This document shows, in pieces, positions 26,962 through 35,855 of a stretch of 64,000 bases of DNA (within the stretch, counting starts at the first letter, position 1; the number at the start of each line of letters is the position of its first letter). Both the position numbers and the translations under genes were made by a program. The notes beneath the pieces are model-generated. The model saw only the letters and a list, made by a program, of their open reading frames with translations, was not told where the DNA came from and made no database searches. This stretch comes from an uncultured Candidatus Saccharibacteria bacterium. GTDB lineage: Bacteria > Patescibacteriota > Minisyncoccia > Phycocordibacterales > PALSA-1337. The stretch spans positions 17,091 through 81,090 of the forward strand of contig CAZLCD010000001.1 of assembly GCA_964558375.1 (NCBI GenBank), written 5' to 3'.

Positions 26962-27531
26962 TTATAGCAGATTTGAGAAACCGATCAAAAGATAGATACC
27001 GAGAATGTTCATGAACAAAGTAATAGGTATGAGCACAGCAATTTTAATTTTTGACATTCCAAGCAAGGTCACGCCAAATTCGTCTGGCAAAGGAGATGCG
27101 ATAATCAGTGCCCCGAGAAGTGGAGATAACCATTTCATAAAACCAAAGTGTAGAGATTTGAAAATATATTTTACAGTTGATGGTTTTAACACTTTCATAA
27201 GATCCGAAGCGAAACGATCTCTGATAAAGAAAAATAAAATCATATCTCCACACATCGCGCCAAGCCCTCCCCAGAAAGCGATACCATGTAGTGGAAAATC
27301 TTTTGCAAGATGAACCAAAGCTATAGATGAAGGAGCTAGAGTGAAAGCAGAAGTAAAAAATATACCAGTGATAAAAGAAGCTAGGATATAGTAATCCCTA
27401 AATAGAGAAATTACATAATCAATAACACCCATCTTTGAGAGAAAGATAGCGATAATAACACCGATAGCAATCATGAATAGATCATGAAGGAAAACTCTAT
27501 GCTGCTTTTTTATATGGATTTTTTTATTCAT
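26962..27531 (-). CDS. Hypothetical integral membrane protein
   Basis: Multiple hydrophobic helices, no motif recognised. Confidence 0.4.
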   Translation of the reverse strand: MNKKIHIKKQHRVFLHDLFMIAIGVIIAIFLSKMGVIDYVISLFRDYYILASFITGIFFTSAFTLAPSSIALVHLAKDFPLHGIAFWGGLGAMCGDMILFFFIRDRFASDLMKVLKPSTVKYIFKSLHFGFMKWLSPLLGALIIASPLPDEFGVTLLGMSKIKIAVLIPITLFMNILGIYLLIGFSNLL

Positions 27532-27545
27532 GTTTTATTTATACT

Positions 27546-27989
27546 TTATTCATGATGATACTTCTCACCTCTCAAAATACTAAAGCCTCTATATATCTGC
27601 TCGGCCAAAATACCACGGACAAGCTCATGAGGAAAGACGAGCGTGGATAGTGACCAAGAAAAATTGGCTTTCTCTTTAAGGGAATCGCTGAGGCCGTAAG
27701 CACCACCGATAATGAAAATCAAATTTTTGACACTTTCATTCATTCTTTTATTTAGGAAATCTGAGAAGATTGGCGATGTCATAGACTTCCCTTTTTCATC
27801 AAGGATAACCACGAAAGAATTTTCTGGAATTGCCTTGAGAATTTTTTCACCCTCCTCCTTTTTGTCTGAAGTTCCAATGAACTTCCATTCGATATTTGAA
27901 TAATGAGAAATCCTAGAGGTGTATTCTAAAACAATATCTTGCGCGAGATAGTCTTTATTCTTACCTGGAGAAAAGATGATAATGTTCAT
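27546..27989 (-). CDS. rlmH: 23S rRNA (pseudouridine1915-N3)-methyltransferase RlmH
   Basis: SPOUT RlmH signature (IIGGAYGLS...LSTLVFPHELVRGILAEQIYRGFSILRGEKYHH). Confidence 0.85.
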   Translation of the reverse strand: MNIIIFSPGKNKDYLAQDIVLEYTSRISHYSNIEWKFIGTSDKKEEGEKILKAIPENSFVVILDEKGKSMTSPIFSDFLNKRMNESVKNLIFIIGGAYGLSDSLKEKANFSWSLSTLVFPHELVRGILAEQIYRGFSILRGEKYHHE

Positions 27990-28097
27990 CCCAGTATTAT
28001 AACAGGTTTTACTTATTTTCCCCCTTCCATCTCAAGAAAAATTCTTTTATAAATAACAATCCCCAGACCGTATTGTCTGGGGAGCTTCGCGTATTTT

Positions 28098-28403
28098 CTA
28101 CGAATTCGTAAGTTTTGCAGTTGGTGGAAGGTTCTTCTGTAACACTTTTCGGATGACTTCTTCCACTTTTTCTGGGTAGTAAGTGGCCGAACCTCCCTGC
28201 CTAACACTGAGAATCACGTTGCCGTATCCAGAGATGACTTTGGCATCTTGGATACACAGAGTGACTTCCGTAAGCACGATTTTTCTTTCATGGAGAAATC
28301 CTGAGATTTCTCGTAAAAGTTTTTTGTGAACTCTTTCCCAAGACTTCAATCTTTTCAGGTTAGGTCCTAGGAGTGAAATTGAAACTGTGGTATCTGTACT
28401 CAT
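28098..28403 (-). CDS. Hypothetical protein, possibly divergent ribosome silencing factor RsfS-like
   Basis: Position immediately upstream of rlmH (the conserved rsfS-rlmH arrangement) and a weak match to the RsfS DVIVHVMQ motif (NVILSVRQ). The sequence match is poor. Confidence 0.3.
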   Translation of the reverse strand: MSTDTTVSISLLGPNLKRLKSWERVHKKLLREISGFLHERKIVLTEVTLCIQDAKVISGYGNVILSVRQGGSATYYPEKVEEVIRKVLQKNLPPTAKLTNS

Positions 28404-28548
28404 AGCAAAAACGGTGATTTGTTTTGGTTGAGAAGTTTATTTGTACTTTCAACATTAACCTACCTTTAAACTCAAGAGCTGTCAAATAAACAAAGAGCCC
28501 GCCGATTTTGCGGCAGGCATGGGTCGATGTTCACCTAATGCATTTAAG

Positions 28549-28923
28549 TCAAAGTTTGGAAACATTTTCTGGAGGCAGATCTAAAGCTATAAGAATGTCA
28601 TTGCGCAGCACTTTGTTGTAATTAGTCCCGCACTTAATATTCGCATACGCAATCTCCAGAATGTCCCACCAAGGAAGACCCTGTTGCTGCAACCCTTCAC
28701 ACCAAAAAGATCCTCGATGAATCAGCCGCCCCGTCAATTCACACAAGACAGCTGTTAGTGGTGAGAAGATCATTTCACTTCCCTTTCTTTTCAAATGAAT
28801 GCAACCATTTAAATGAATGCGACCATCCAATGGTCCTTTGGGTTCAACCCACGACTCCCAATTCTCTTTATCTCTGCCAATCCGCAATAAAACTTCTAGA
28901 AACTTCGATGTGTCTAAGTTCAT
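28549..28923 (-). CDS. Hypothetical protein (slightly higher GC)
   Basis: ORF only; contains a short tandem duplication (RIHLNGCIHLK). Confidence 0.35.
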   Translation of the reverse strand: MNLDTSKFLEVLLRIGRDKENWESWVEPKGPLDGRIHLNGCIHLKRKGSEMIFSPLTAVLCELTGRLIHRGSFWCEGLQQQGLPWWDILEIAYANIKCGTNYNKVLRNDILIALDLPPENVSKL

Positions 28924-29025
28924 AATTTCCTTTCCCTTCGATCATTATAGTTGTCTAAAATTAAATAGTAGCACAGAAGGAGGGAGAGTCAAAGGAAAAG
29001 TTTGCCTTGTATTTTTTATTTATCT

Positions 29026-29346
29026 TTATTCCACCTTAACCGCCGTTCCAGAAATAGTGATCATAAGCATAGAACCTTTTGCACCCACAGTCTCATAGTC
29101 AAAATCAATTCCAACTATAGCATTCCCTCCTAGCTTTTGAGCCTCCTCTTCTAGCTCTCGTATTGCCAAGATTTTTCCTTCATCCAATTTCTTTTCATAA
29201 GTTGCAGAACGACCACCAACAATATCTCTTACACTAGCGAAAATATCACTAAAGATATTGGCACCGATGATCACATCTGCGGTTATGATACCGAGATACT
29301 CTGTAATTCTTTTACCTTCTATATTTGGTGTGGTTGTTTTAATCAT
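29026..29346 (-). CDS. YbjQ/UPF0145 family protein
   Basis: Conserved UPF0145 pattern ([32 protein letters not shown]...[16 protein letters not shown]). Confidence 0.7.
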   Translation of the reverse strand: MIKTTTPNIEGKRITEYLGIITADVIIGANIFSDIFASVRDIVGGRSATYEKKLDEGKILAIRELEEEAQKLGGNAIVGIDFDYETVGAKGSMLMITISGTAVKVE

Positions 29347-29496
29347 GGTTTTTGTGATTAGCTTTTATGGGATGATTATACTATAGATTTAGAACCTTTA
29401 TACAATTTAAATATAATATTATTTTAAATTGGTAAAAGATTTTTGAGTATGGGGAATTAAAAAAGTCGCTGGGCGAAACCATGCGACAAGATGTGG

Positions 29497-29677
29497 ATTA
29501 TTTCGAAAACTCCGTGAAAGCTCTCATGAGCGGTACACCCAGAGAAATTCCGAGTACCGCCAAAGAAGTTGCTAGGCCAAATCTGTAATCCCCTGTTGCA
29601 CTTCCAACAAGAAGACCTGAACCTATGATGGAGATAGCCCAAACGATAAGAAGAACTTGTCTGCGTGTTAGTTTCAT
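29497..29677 (-). CDS. Possible small two-TM membrane protein (about 59 aa, unlisted)
   Basis: Manual translation MKLTRRQVLLIVWAISIIGSGLLVGSATGDYRFGLATSLAVLGISLGVPLMRAFTEFSK. The exact frame and ends could not be confirmed (count is off by one nucleotide). Confidence 0.25.
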
Positions 29678-29746
29678 AAAGTTTATACTAGCAAATTAAA
29701 TTGATTAGTCAACAAACTTCCGTAGAAAAAGCACACCGGGTTTGGA

Positions 29747-30028
29747 TTAGATAGTACTAGCTTGTATAGCAGAAAAAATTATAAAGAAAATCACGTCTAC
29801 AGCTAGTGCAAAGAAGGTGAGATATTTACCACTTGATCCTTTCAATACATATATAAGCGAGATCAGTGAAAAGAGTGTAGATAATGATGCCGCCACTAAT
29901 CCAAGCATTATTAAACCAAGACCTCCAAAATCTCTACCTAATGAATTGGTTGCGTAAATAAATACAAACACCACTACTGGTAATGATAATAAAAATCCTA
30001 GAACTGAAGTTATGCTGGTATTTTTCAT
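29747..30028 (-). CDS. Small hypothetical membrane protein
   Basis: Three hydrophobic helices in 93 aa. Confidence 0.35.
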   Translation of the reverse strand: MKNTSITSVLGFLLSLPVVVFVFIYATNSLGRDFGGLGLIMLGLVAASLSTLFSLISLIYVLKGSSGKYLTFFALAVDVIFFIIFSAIQASTI

Positions 30029-30103
30029 ATCTCTAATATTACCATGTTTTTATTTTTTATAGGGGTGCCGTCGTAGAGGAAGTTAGAACTATATTTAGAT
30101 AAC

Positions 30104-30607
30104 TTAGATATAATTTTTTATCTTCTCCACAACACCTGACTCATTTAAAGAATCATTATTAAAACGTTTGCCCTGCTCTTGCATTTTCTCAATCAAATAA
30201 TCGTGAGATCGCCATTCTATAGTACTTTCTCTTTCCACATCTTCTTGACTCCTTAGTTCAGGTTTGAAACTTTTTGTTTTTACAAGAAAATATAATGTAG
30301 TCTTTTCTATCCGAGAATCTTTTCCTGGGTCGAAGTATTCATCTCTTGTAGATCCGATATAATCAATAATTTCTCCCGTGATACCGAATTCTTCCATGAG
30401 ACCCCTGTGGAGAGTCTGTTCGATAGTCTCCCCCATTTCCATAGTCTCTCTCATTAAGATATAAAAGTTTTTAAATTCTAAAAAAGACTTATGCCCTTTT
30501 ATTTCTTTAAAATAATGACAACAGATTTCATTTTTCTCATTTATCGCTACAGCACCAACCGAAAGATGGTAAGGATGTTCTTTTGTACCTTTGAAGTAGT
30601 TTTTCAT
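30104..30607 (-). CDS. NUDIX hydrolase (degenerate Nudix box)
   Basis: GETIEQTLHRGLMEEFGI approximates the Gx5Ex7REUxEExGU box. Confidence 0.5.
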   Translation of the reverse strand: MKNYFKGTKEHPYHLSVGAVAINEKNEICCHYFKEIKGHKSFLEFKNFYILMRETMEMGETIEQTLHRGLMEEFGITGEIIDYIGSTRDEYFDPGKDSRIEKTTLYFLVKTKSFKPELRSQEDVERESTIEWRSHDYLIEKMQEQGKRFNNDSLNESGVVEKIKNYI

Positions 30608-30659
30608 GAATGATCATAATTAGCTTTTATGGAATAATTATACTATAGATTTAAGACCC

Positions 30660-31511
30660 CTATCCAAGCTTAATGAGAACCAGAACTACGATAGCCAGCA
30701 AAATAAATAGTACCTTATGACGTGTAAGTTTCTCTCCGAAAAACTTCCAAGCCACAATCGAACTCACCAATATATAGAAACTATTGATAGTGTATACCAA
30801 TGAAAATGGTCCGATTGAAAGCGCCTTCACCATAGCCACGGTTCCAACAAAAGTTAAGGTACCGATAAGAGCAGACCACATTATTAATTTTCCATCTATT
30901 TTCCTTTCAACTGATCGATTATTCTTATTTAGAAGTAGGATAAGCACAGAGGCAATCGTAGCAAAAAACAATTGCCAAAAGATGTAGTCGCCCATCACAC
31001 TGGATATCGAACCAGACTTTTGGATAAATTTGATGAAGGTTGATAGCAAAATAATACCCATTGCAATAGGTATTAAACCGTTACTCAGAGTTATATGCTT
31101 ATGTGTATGATTATAGAAACCAATGAGCAGGAATGTTCCGATAAGTGCAACTATTTGTAAAACTGAAAGAATGTCATTGAAGAAGAAAATACCGATAATC
31201 ACAACGAGAACATGTGAACCTAAACTGGTTATTGGAAAAGATGCACTTGTATCGAGTCTTTTTAATATAACCATAACAAGAAGTACATATGATGCATTTG
31301 CGATTCCCCATAAAAAGCCGAAAAGCATTGTGTGCACATCAAAAGATATATCATCCCTAAAGAATACAAAACTCAAAATTGTACCTACCATAAAACTGAG
31401 GACTGAGTAGATAAATTTATTGTAACCCTTTGCTGCAGGAACCTTGAATAAGGCTTGCATGCCACCAAAGGCAACCATAGCGATAATCGAATTGATAAAC
31501 CATGAATCCAT
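30660..31511 (-). CDS. Multi-TM membrane protein, possibly DMT/EamA-like transporter
   Basis: About 10 predicted TM helices with an internal two-half repeat pattern. Confidence 0.4.
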   Translation of the reverse strand: MDSWFINSIIAMVAFGGMQALFKVPAAKGYNKFIYSVLSFMVGTILSFVFFRDDISFDVHTMLFGFLWGIANASYVLLVMVILKRLDTSASFPITSLGSHVLVVIIGIFFFNDILSVLQIVALIGTFLLIGFYNHTHKHITLSNGLIPIAMGIILLSTFIKFIQKSGSISSVMGDYIFWQLFFATIASVLILLLNKNNRSVERKIDGKLIMWSALIGTLTFVGTVAMVKALSIGPFSLVYTINSFYILVSSIVAWKFFGEKLTRHKVLFILLAIVVLVLIKLG

Positions 31512-31593
31512 AGAATAAAGTATACCTCGTAATAGACAGAGTTAGAACTATATTTGAGAAAAGGAATGATGCGACAATTTATGTTCCAGAGCT

Positions 31594-32088
31594 TTACAAT
31601 TGCAGATTTCTAATTTTAAATAATAAGTAAATCGCCAAGATTGTTAGGATTACTGGGATATCAAAAACAAATAAGGACATCATAAGCGAGCCGAAAGTGG
31701 ATGTGTCTAATAGAGCAGCAGAAATATTTCCACCAAATAGAATACTCCCAACCCAAAAAACAAAAACGAGGAATAGTGAGTATGGGATCCCCAAAACTGT
31801 TATTAAAATTAGGGATGAACGGATCCACTTTTTTATATTTGGTGCCTTTCTGTATATTTTTAATGTAGTTAAACCAAAAAGAAGGATGGATATTATTGCA
31901 CATAAAAGTAGTAGCCAAAATATATAGACATCATTTGATTCCACAATTGTCTTTGTCAGATATAAATCTCTTAAGCCTAACAAACACATTGTAGGTAAAT
32001 AAATAGTCAGAGCTGCAAAAAATATACCGAGTCCATACCTTGTGGAGATGTAGCGTTGTTGAATATTCATTAATATAAATTGTAACAT
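31594..32088 (-). CDS. Hypothetical membrane protein (start trimmed to avoid tRNA-His)
   Basis: The six-frame ORF extends to 32184 across the tRNA-His gene. The internal Met at 32088 (MLQFILMNIQQRY...) is the more plausible start. Confidence 0.4.
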   Translation of the reverse strand: MLQFILMNIQQRYISTRYGLGIFFAALTIYLPTMCLLGLRDLYLTKTIVESNDVYIFWLLLLCAIISILLFGLTTLKIYRKAPNIKKWIRSSLILITVLGIPYSLFLVFVFWVGSILFGGNISAALLDTSTFGSLMMSLFVFDIPVILTILAIYLLFKIRNLQL

Positions 32089-32143
32089 ATTCGAACCCAA
32101 AATACCCCCTGTTTTTATACAGAAGTAACCTAATATAACGATG

Positions 32144-32215
32144 GGTGCCCAGAGAGAATCGGACTCTCGACTCAGGTTCCACAAACCCGGGTTTTACCAC
32201 TAAACTATGGGCACC
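32144..32215 (-). tRNA. tRNA-His (anticodon GTG) with encoded G-1
   Basis: Cloverleaf on the minus strand: 8-bp acceptor including G-1:C73, D-stem GTTT/AAAC, anticodon loop TTGTGGA, T-arm GAGAG-TCCGATT-CTCTC. No CCA encoded. Confidence 0.8.
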
Positions 32216-32310
32216 ATATCACGCTTAGCTATTATATCAGCAAAACGTTGTGTCTCAACACTATCATGATGTACTAGAAAATGGCAATTGGATACCTATA
32301 AATTCATTAG

Positions 32311-32394
32311 TGCCCAGGAGAGGACTCGAACCTCCACGCCCGTGAGGGCTTATCCACCTCAAGGATAAATGTCTACCAGTTTCAACACCTGGGC
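32311..32394 (-). tRNA. tRNA-Leu (anticodon GAG), long variable arm
   Basis: Minus strand GCCCAGG acceptor, anticodon stem TATCC/GGATA with loop TTGAGGT, long variable arm, T-arm GGAGG-TTCGAGT-CCTCT. Confidence 0.8.
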
Positions 32395-32415
32395 ATTTAA
32401 AACCAAACAAAAACC

Positions 32416-32853
32416 CTAAGCCGCCACTTCTTCCTCCTTCTTCTCTTCAGCTACTACTGCATCGTGTTTTGTATCTGTATTCTGATCCTTATCAATAGAA
32501 AGCATACGGCGCATCTGGCGGCGGATTTCTTTTGCAGCCTTTTCACGCACAAAGTAAAGCTTTGCTCGGCGAACCTTAGAACGACGTAGAAGTTCAACCT
32601 TATCGATCATAGGAGTGTATAGAGGGAAGATCTTCTCAACACCCACACCATCGATCACCTTTCTTACAGTAAATGTAGCTCCGGCTTCAGTACCGTGCTT
32701 ACGAGCTAGAACCAAGCCTTCGAAAGCCTGTAGACGTGTCTTACCCTTCTCTTGAATCTTTTGCCAAACTTTCACAGTATCTCCAGGTTTAATATCCAGA
32801 GTCTTTCTCTCTTCTATCTTAACGGATGAAATAATATTAGTATTTGTTGCCAT
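32416..32853 (-). CDS. rplS: 50S ribosomal protein L19
   Basis: Conserved L19 sequence (PGDTVKVWQKIQEKGKTRLQAFEGLVLARKH...FTVRKV). Confidence 0.9.
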   Translation of the reverse strand: MATNTNIISSVKIEERKTLDIKPGDTVKVWQKIQEKGKTRLQAFEGLVLARKHGTEAGATFTVRKVIDGVGVEKIFPLYTPMIDKVELLRRSKVRRAKLYFVREKAAKEIRRQMRRMLSIDKDQNTDTKHDAVVAEEKKEEEVAA

Positions 32854-32880
32854 AATTTTTATTGTGTAGTGTAGACAAAT

Positions 32881-33627
32881 CTAACACAGCTCCTTGATTT
32901 TCGCAACTTCAGCGATACCTAGTTCAGTAAAAGCATTTATAAAGTCCTTAGGAATTGGAGCTTTTACTAAGATCTTTTTACCAAGAACATTTGTGAAATT
33001 TATACTATAAGCATGTAGAGCATTCCTAGTAAAACCTATTGTATTGGTCTTTTCTGGAGCATAAAGCCCGTCGCAGACAACAGGATGGTTTAAAGCCTTA
33101 AAGTGAACACGGATCTGATGAGTTCGACCGGTCTTGGGTTCAACCTCAAGGAAAGAGTACCCCCCTCTAGTAGAGATAAGGGTGTACCAAGTCTCCGCAT
33201 CACGAAGCTCCCCTCTTGCGCCACGAGTGGCTGACCATCGACGAAAGTCTTTTGGACTTCTACCTATTGGACGATTTATAATACCAAACTGATCTTTTAT
33301 TTCTCCATATACGAAAGTAAGATACTTTTTGACAAGTGTTCTCTCTTGAAACTGCTCTTTGAGACATGCATGCCCTGCTTTTGTCTTGGCTATAAGAAGT
33401 ACACCAGAAGTATCACGATCAAGCCTATGTACGATGCCCGGACGCTCTATGACACCATAGTCCTTAGTCTCTATTGGCTCTCCAACATTCTTAGTCTTTG
33501 GATAATTTTCCAAAACCCAATCCGTGATGAATGGACCTTTTGACTTTCCGTCTGGATGTATGACAATACCCGCAGGCTTGTCTATGGCCACAATGTCTTT
33601 GTCTTCGTATAAGATAGGGATTTGCAT
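32881..33627 (-). CDS. RluA-family pseudouridine synthase (start trimmed)
   Basis: HRLDRDTSGVLLIAKT motif. The six-frame ORF runs into the tRNA-Val gene, so the start was reassigned to the ATG at 33627 (MQIPILYEDKDIVAIDKPAG). Confidence 0.8.
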   Translation of the reverse strand: MQIPILYEDKDIVAIDKPAGIVIHPDGKSKGPFITDWVLENYPKTKNVGEPIETKDYGVIERPGIVHRLDRDTSGVLLIAKTKAGHACLKEQFQERTLVKKYLTFVYGEIKDQFGIINRPIGRSPKDFRRWSATRGARGELRDAETWYTLISTRGGYSFLEVEPKTGRTHQIRVHFKALNHPVVCDGLYAPEKTNTIGFTRNALHAYSINFTNVLGKKILVKAPIPKDFINAFTELGIAEVAKIKELC

Positions 33628-33641
33628 AGCTTGGGTTCTAG

Positions 33642-33714
33642 TGCGCGATGCAGGACTCGAACCTGCGACCTTTCCAGTGTAAATGGATTGCTCTACCAAC
33701 TGAGCTAATCGCGC
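33642..33714 (-). tRNA. tRNA-Val (anticodon TAC)
   Basis: Minus strand GCGCGAT acceptor, D-arm GCTC-AGTTGGTA-GAGC, anticodon loop TTTACAC, T-arm GCAGG-TTCGAGT-CCTGC. Confidence 0.8.
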
Positions 33715-33767
33715 ATTAAGATTTATTTATACACTAATAAATAGGAAAATTCAAGGATAATTTGTAA

Positions 33768-33812
33768 AAAAATTAAAATCACCTCCTACAAAATAGAAAG
33801 TGATTTTAATTA
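33768..33812 (-). terminator. Hairpin terminator downstream of the DUF378 gene
   Basis: 9-bp stem taaaatcac...gtgatttta followed by a T-run on the minus strand. Confidence 0.4.
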
Positions 33813-33840
33813 AATCTTATGTTCCTAACCTCCCTACAAT

Positions 33841-34092
33841 CTACACTGCTGAACTTGTTTCACAGCAATCCTTACAAGTTTTCTTATGTGTAACGATAAG
33901 ATAAATAGCTGATAGACCTACTAGTATATAGACTACTTTTGCGATAACTGCAGGCAAGTATTCTACTATACCCATACCTGAAGCACCCAAACCTAGACCA
34001 ACCAATAACCAATTCAAGCCTCCTACGATAACCAAAATAAATGCAATTGTGTGTAATACTTTCATAATATTTGATAAATTATTAATAATCAA
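33841..34092 (-). CDS. DUF378-like small membrane protein
   Basis: LVIVGGLNWLLVGL motif typical of DUF378, two TM helices. The start may be the internal MKVLHT. Confidence 0.5.
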   Translation of the reverse strand: MIINNLSNIMKVLHTIAFILVIVGGLNWLLVGLGLGASGMGIVEYLPAVIAKVVYILVGLSAIYLIVTHKKTCKDCCETSSAV

Positions 34093-34169
34093 TTACTGCG
34101 ATAATTATACCATTTTACACATAGCAAAGCATAGAGGTTATACACAACTATTCAACAGTTAATCCATAA

Positions 34170-34191
34170 ATGTGCCTTCGGTAGGAATCGA
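34170..34191 (-). repeat. 22-nt duplicate of the tRNA-Arg 3' end (att-like direct repeat)
   Basis: atgtgccttcggtaggaatcga at 34170-34191 is identical to 34347-34368 (T-loop 3' part, T-stem 3' strand and acceptor 3' strand of tRNA-Arg). The 155-nt spacer is GC-rich. Confidence 0.5.
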
Positions 34192-34349
34192 GTCACAGGT
34201 CTCGGACTGACGTCCTCGCCCGCGACCCCGCCTCGCTCGATGCAATTCGCTACGCTCATATAGCATCTTCGCTCCGGCCGTTCGATTCCTACAATAAGTC
34301 ATCTGTGGTACATAAAATACCGAGATAAACTCGGCATTTTATGACCATG

Positions 34350-34421
34350 TGCCTTCGGTAGGAATCGAACCTACATCAAGACCTTAGAAGAGTCCTGTTC
34401 TATCCATTGAACTACGAAGGC
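34350..34421 (-). tRNA. tRNA-Arg (anticodon TCT)
   Basis: Minus strand GCCTTCG acceptor, D-arm GTTC-AATGGATA-GAAC, anticodon loop CTTCTAA, T-arm TAGG-TTCGATT-CCTA. Confidence 0.8.
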
Positions 34422-34463
34422 TATTAGAAGAATATACCAGTAAAATGCTAAATTTACAAAATT

Positions 34464-34793
34464 TTACAAAGAAGGATCTTTTACAGTACCAAAACCTTTT
34501 TTAATTTGAGCTTGTATCTCTGCCTTAAGATCAAACAATTTTATTATCGATTGCAGCTCTTTTTTATCGAAAATTTTAGATACGGACTTTTTCGCGGCAG
34601 TAGAACCTTGAGAGCCACTGTCTATAACTTTTTCATATAGTAAGAATCCACCATAGACTAGTCCTGCGGTGCAGATAAAGCCGATCAACAAGATAGTTAG
34701 CCAATCGACAAAGGGGTTTCTGCCTATTTCCCGGATGGAGCCGTAGACCGAAAGGTTTGGTACATTATTATATTTTTTATTAAAGGGGTTCAT
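34464..34793 (-). CDS. Small hypothetical membrane protein (last gene of the pilMNO operon)
   Basis: One TM helix. Lies 3 nt downstream of the pilO-like gene. Confidence 0.35.
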   Translation of the reverse strand: MNPFNKKYNNVPNLSVYGSIREIGRNPFVDWLTILLIGFICTAGLVYGGFLLYEKVIDSGSQGSTAAKKSVSKIFDKKELQSIIKLFDLKAEIQAQIKKGFGTVKDPSL

Positions 34794-34796
34794 AAA

Positions 34797-35297
34797 TTAT
34801 TTTGTAGTTAGGACAGATAGGTCAAAGGTCATCTCCCATTTTTTATCTCTATTAAATAGACTAACATTTTCAAGAGAGATACTATAAGGCAAATTCTCGA
34901 TCAATGTTAGTGCTAGCATCACATTGATCCATCCTCCTTTTATATCTATATGCGTTCTGACCTTGAGGGCATCTTTTACAATAGAGGAAATTCTTATTTC
35001 GGTTTTAGAGCTGGGACCGATGGATTCTATGGTCTTTATAAAATTTAAAACTTTACTTTCTGAAACAAATAAATTTGGGAGCTTTGCTCGGTCGATAGCG
35101 GTGTCTTTATAGACTTGCATAAGTTCATTTTCATATTGTTGCTTACCCCTCTCAGTCTCGACCTCTTTACTTACCTTTAAATAATTTTCTTTTTGCTTCA
35201 AAACCGTGTCGTAGACATACCAATATCCAAAACCTGAAACCAAGAAAGTGGCAGTTGCAAAGAAAATCAATATATAGTGTTTGGAATTTGTTTTCAT
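34797..35297 (-). CDS. pilO: Type IV pilus assembly protein PilO-like
   Basis: N-terminal TM, coiled segment, then a C-terminal beta domain. Third gene of the pilM-pilN-pilO order. Confidence 0.5.
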   Translation of the reverse strand: MKTNSKHYILIFFATATFLVSGFGYWYVYDTVLKQKENYLKVSKEVETERGKQQYENELMQVYKDTAIDRAKLPNLFVSESKVLNFIKTIESIGPSSKTEIRISSIVKDALKVRTHIDIKGGWINVMLALTLIENLPYSISLENVSLFNRDKKWEMTFDLSVLTTK

Positions 35298-35300
35298 ATT

Positions 35301-35849
35301 TTATTTGAAAGTGATGAGCATAGCGAAGTCTATATCCTTGACCTTGGTAAAATCCGATATTGGCAGCTCTACACTAAATACCGAAGGGTTATTTTGAAAA
35401 ATTTCTTTGAAGTTAAAGAGGTCTTCTCTGGTCAAGGCTCTACCCTGTACTACGACCTTGGCTGTAGACGAAGCATTGGTAGAAGCCGAGACACTGAAGG
35501 CACTGAGAGTGATGGACTTAGTTTTAAGCTCGGCAGTTTTTTTGATAAAGTCAGAGTAGAAAATATTTCTTTGATTGGATTTAATTTTTTTCAATAATTC
35601 TGCATCGCTCGTCAGTTCTTTGGTAATCTGAGTAATACTCAAATTACTTTCCCCTTCTGTATCTTTTTTAATTTTCTCCAAAGAACTTTGCTCTTGTGAG
35701 TAGATAATCATATACGAAGGTATCAGAGAAGCGATACCAAGAATTAGCGCACAAGAAAGAAAAAACATAAGCATCACGAAGACGCGAGTGCGGTATTCCC
35801 GTCTCAAAGCATGCATTTCTTTTTCTGGTAAAAGTGTATAGTGAATCAT
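35301..35849 (-). CDS. pilN: Type IV pilus assembly protein PilN-like
   Basis: Short cytoplasmic N-terminus, single TM helix and periplasmic domain. Lies between pilM and pilO. Confidence 0.5.
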   Translation of the reverse strand: MIHYTLLPEKEMHALRREYRTRVFVMLMFFLSCALILGIASLIPSYMIIYSQEQSSLEKIKKDTEGESNLSITQITKELTSDAELLKKIKSNQRNIFYSDFIKKTAELKTKSITLSAFSVSASTNASSTAKVVVQGRALTREDLFNFKEIFQNNPSVFSVELPISDFTKVKDIDFAMLITFK

Positions 35850-35855
35850 AAAAAT

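Noticed and set aside
28013-28207. 64-aa minus-strand ORF overlapping the 3' end of the 101-aa RsfS-like ORF
   Set aside because: Alternative frame of the same region with a basic low-complexity translation. The longer ORF is favoured.
34192-34346. Possible second tRNA gene or tRNA intron (plus-strand GTTCGATTCC T-loop-like motif) between the tRNA-Arg repeats
   Set aside because: No cloverleaf could be assembled on either strand. The motif is explained as the inverted partner of the duplicated tRNA-Arg T-arm.
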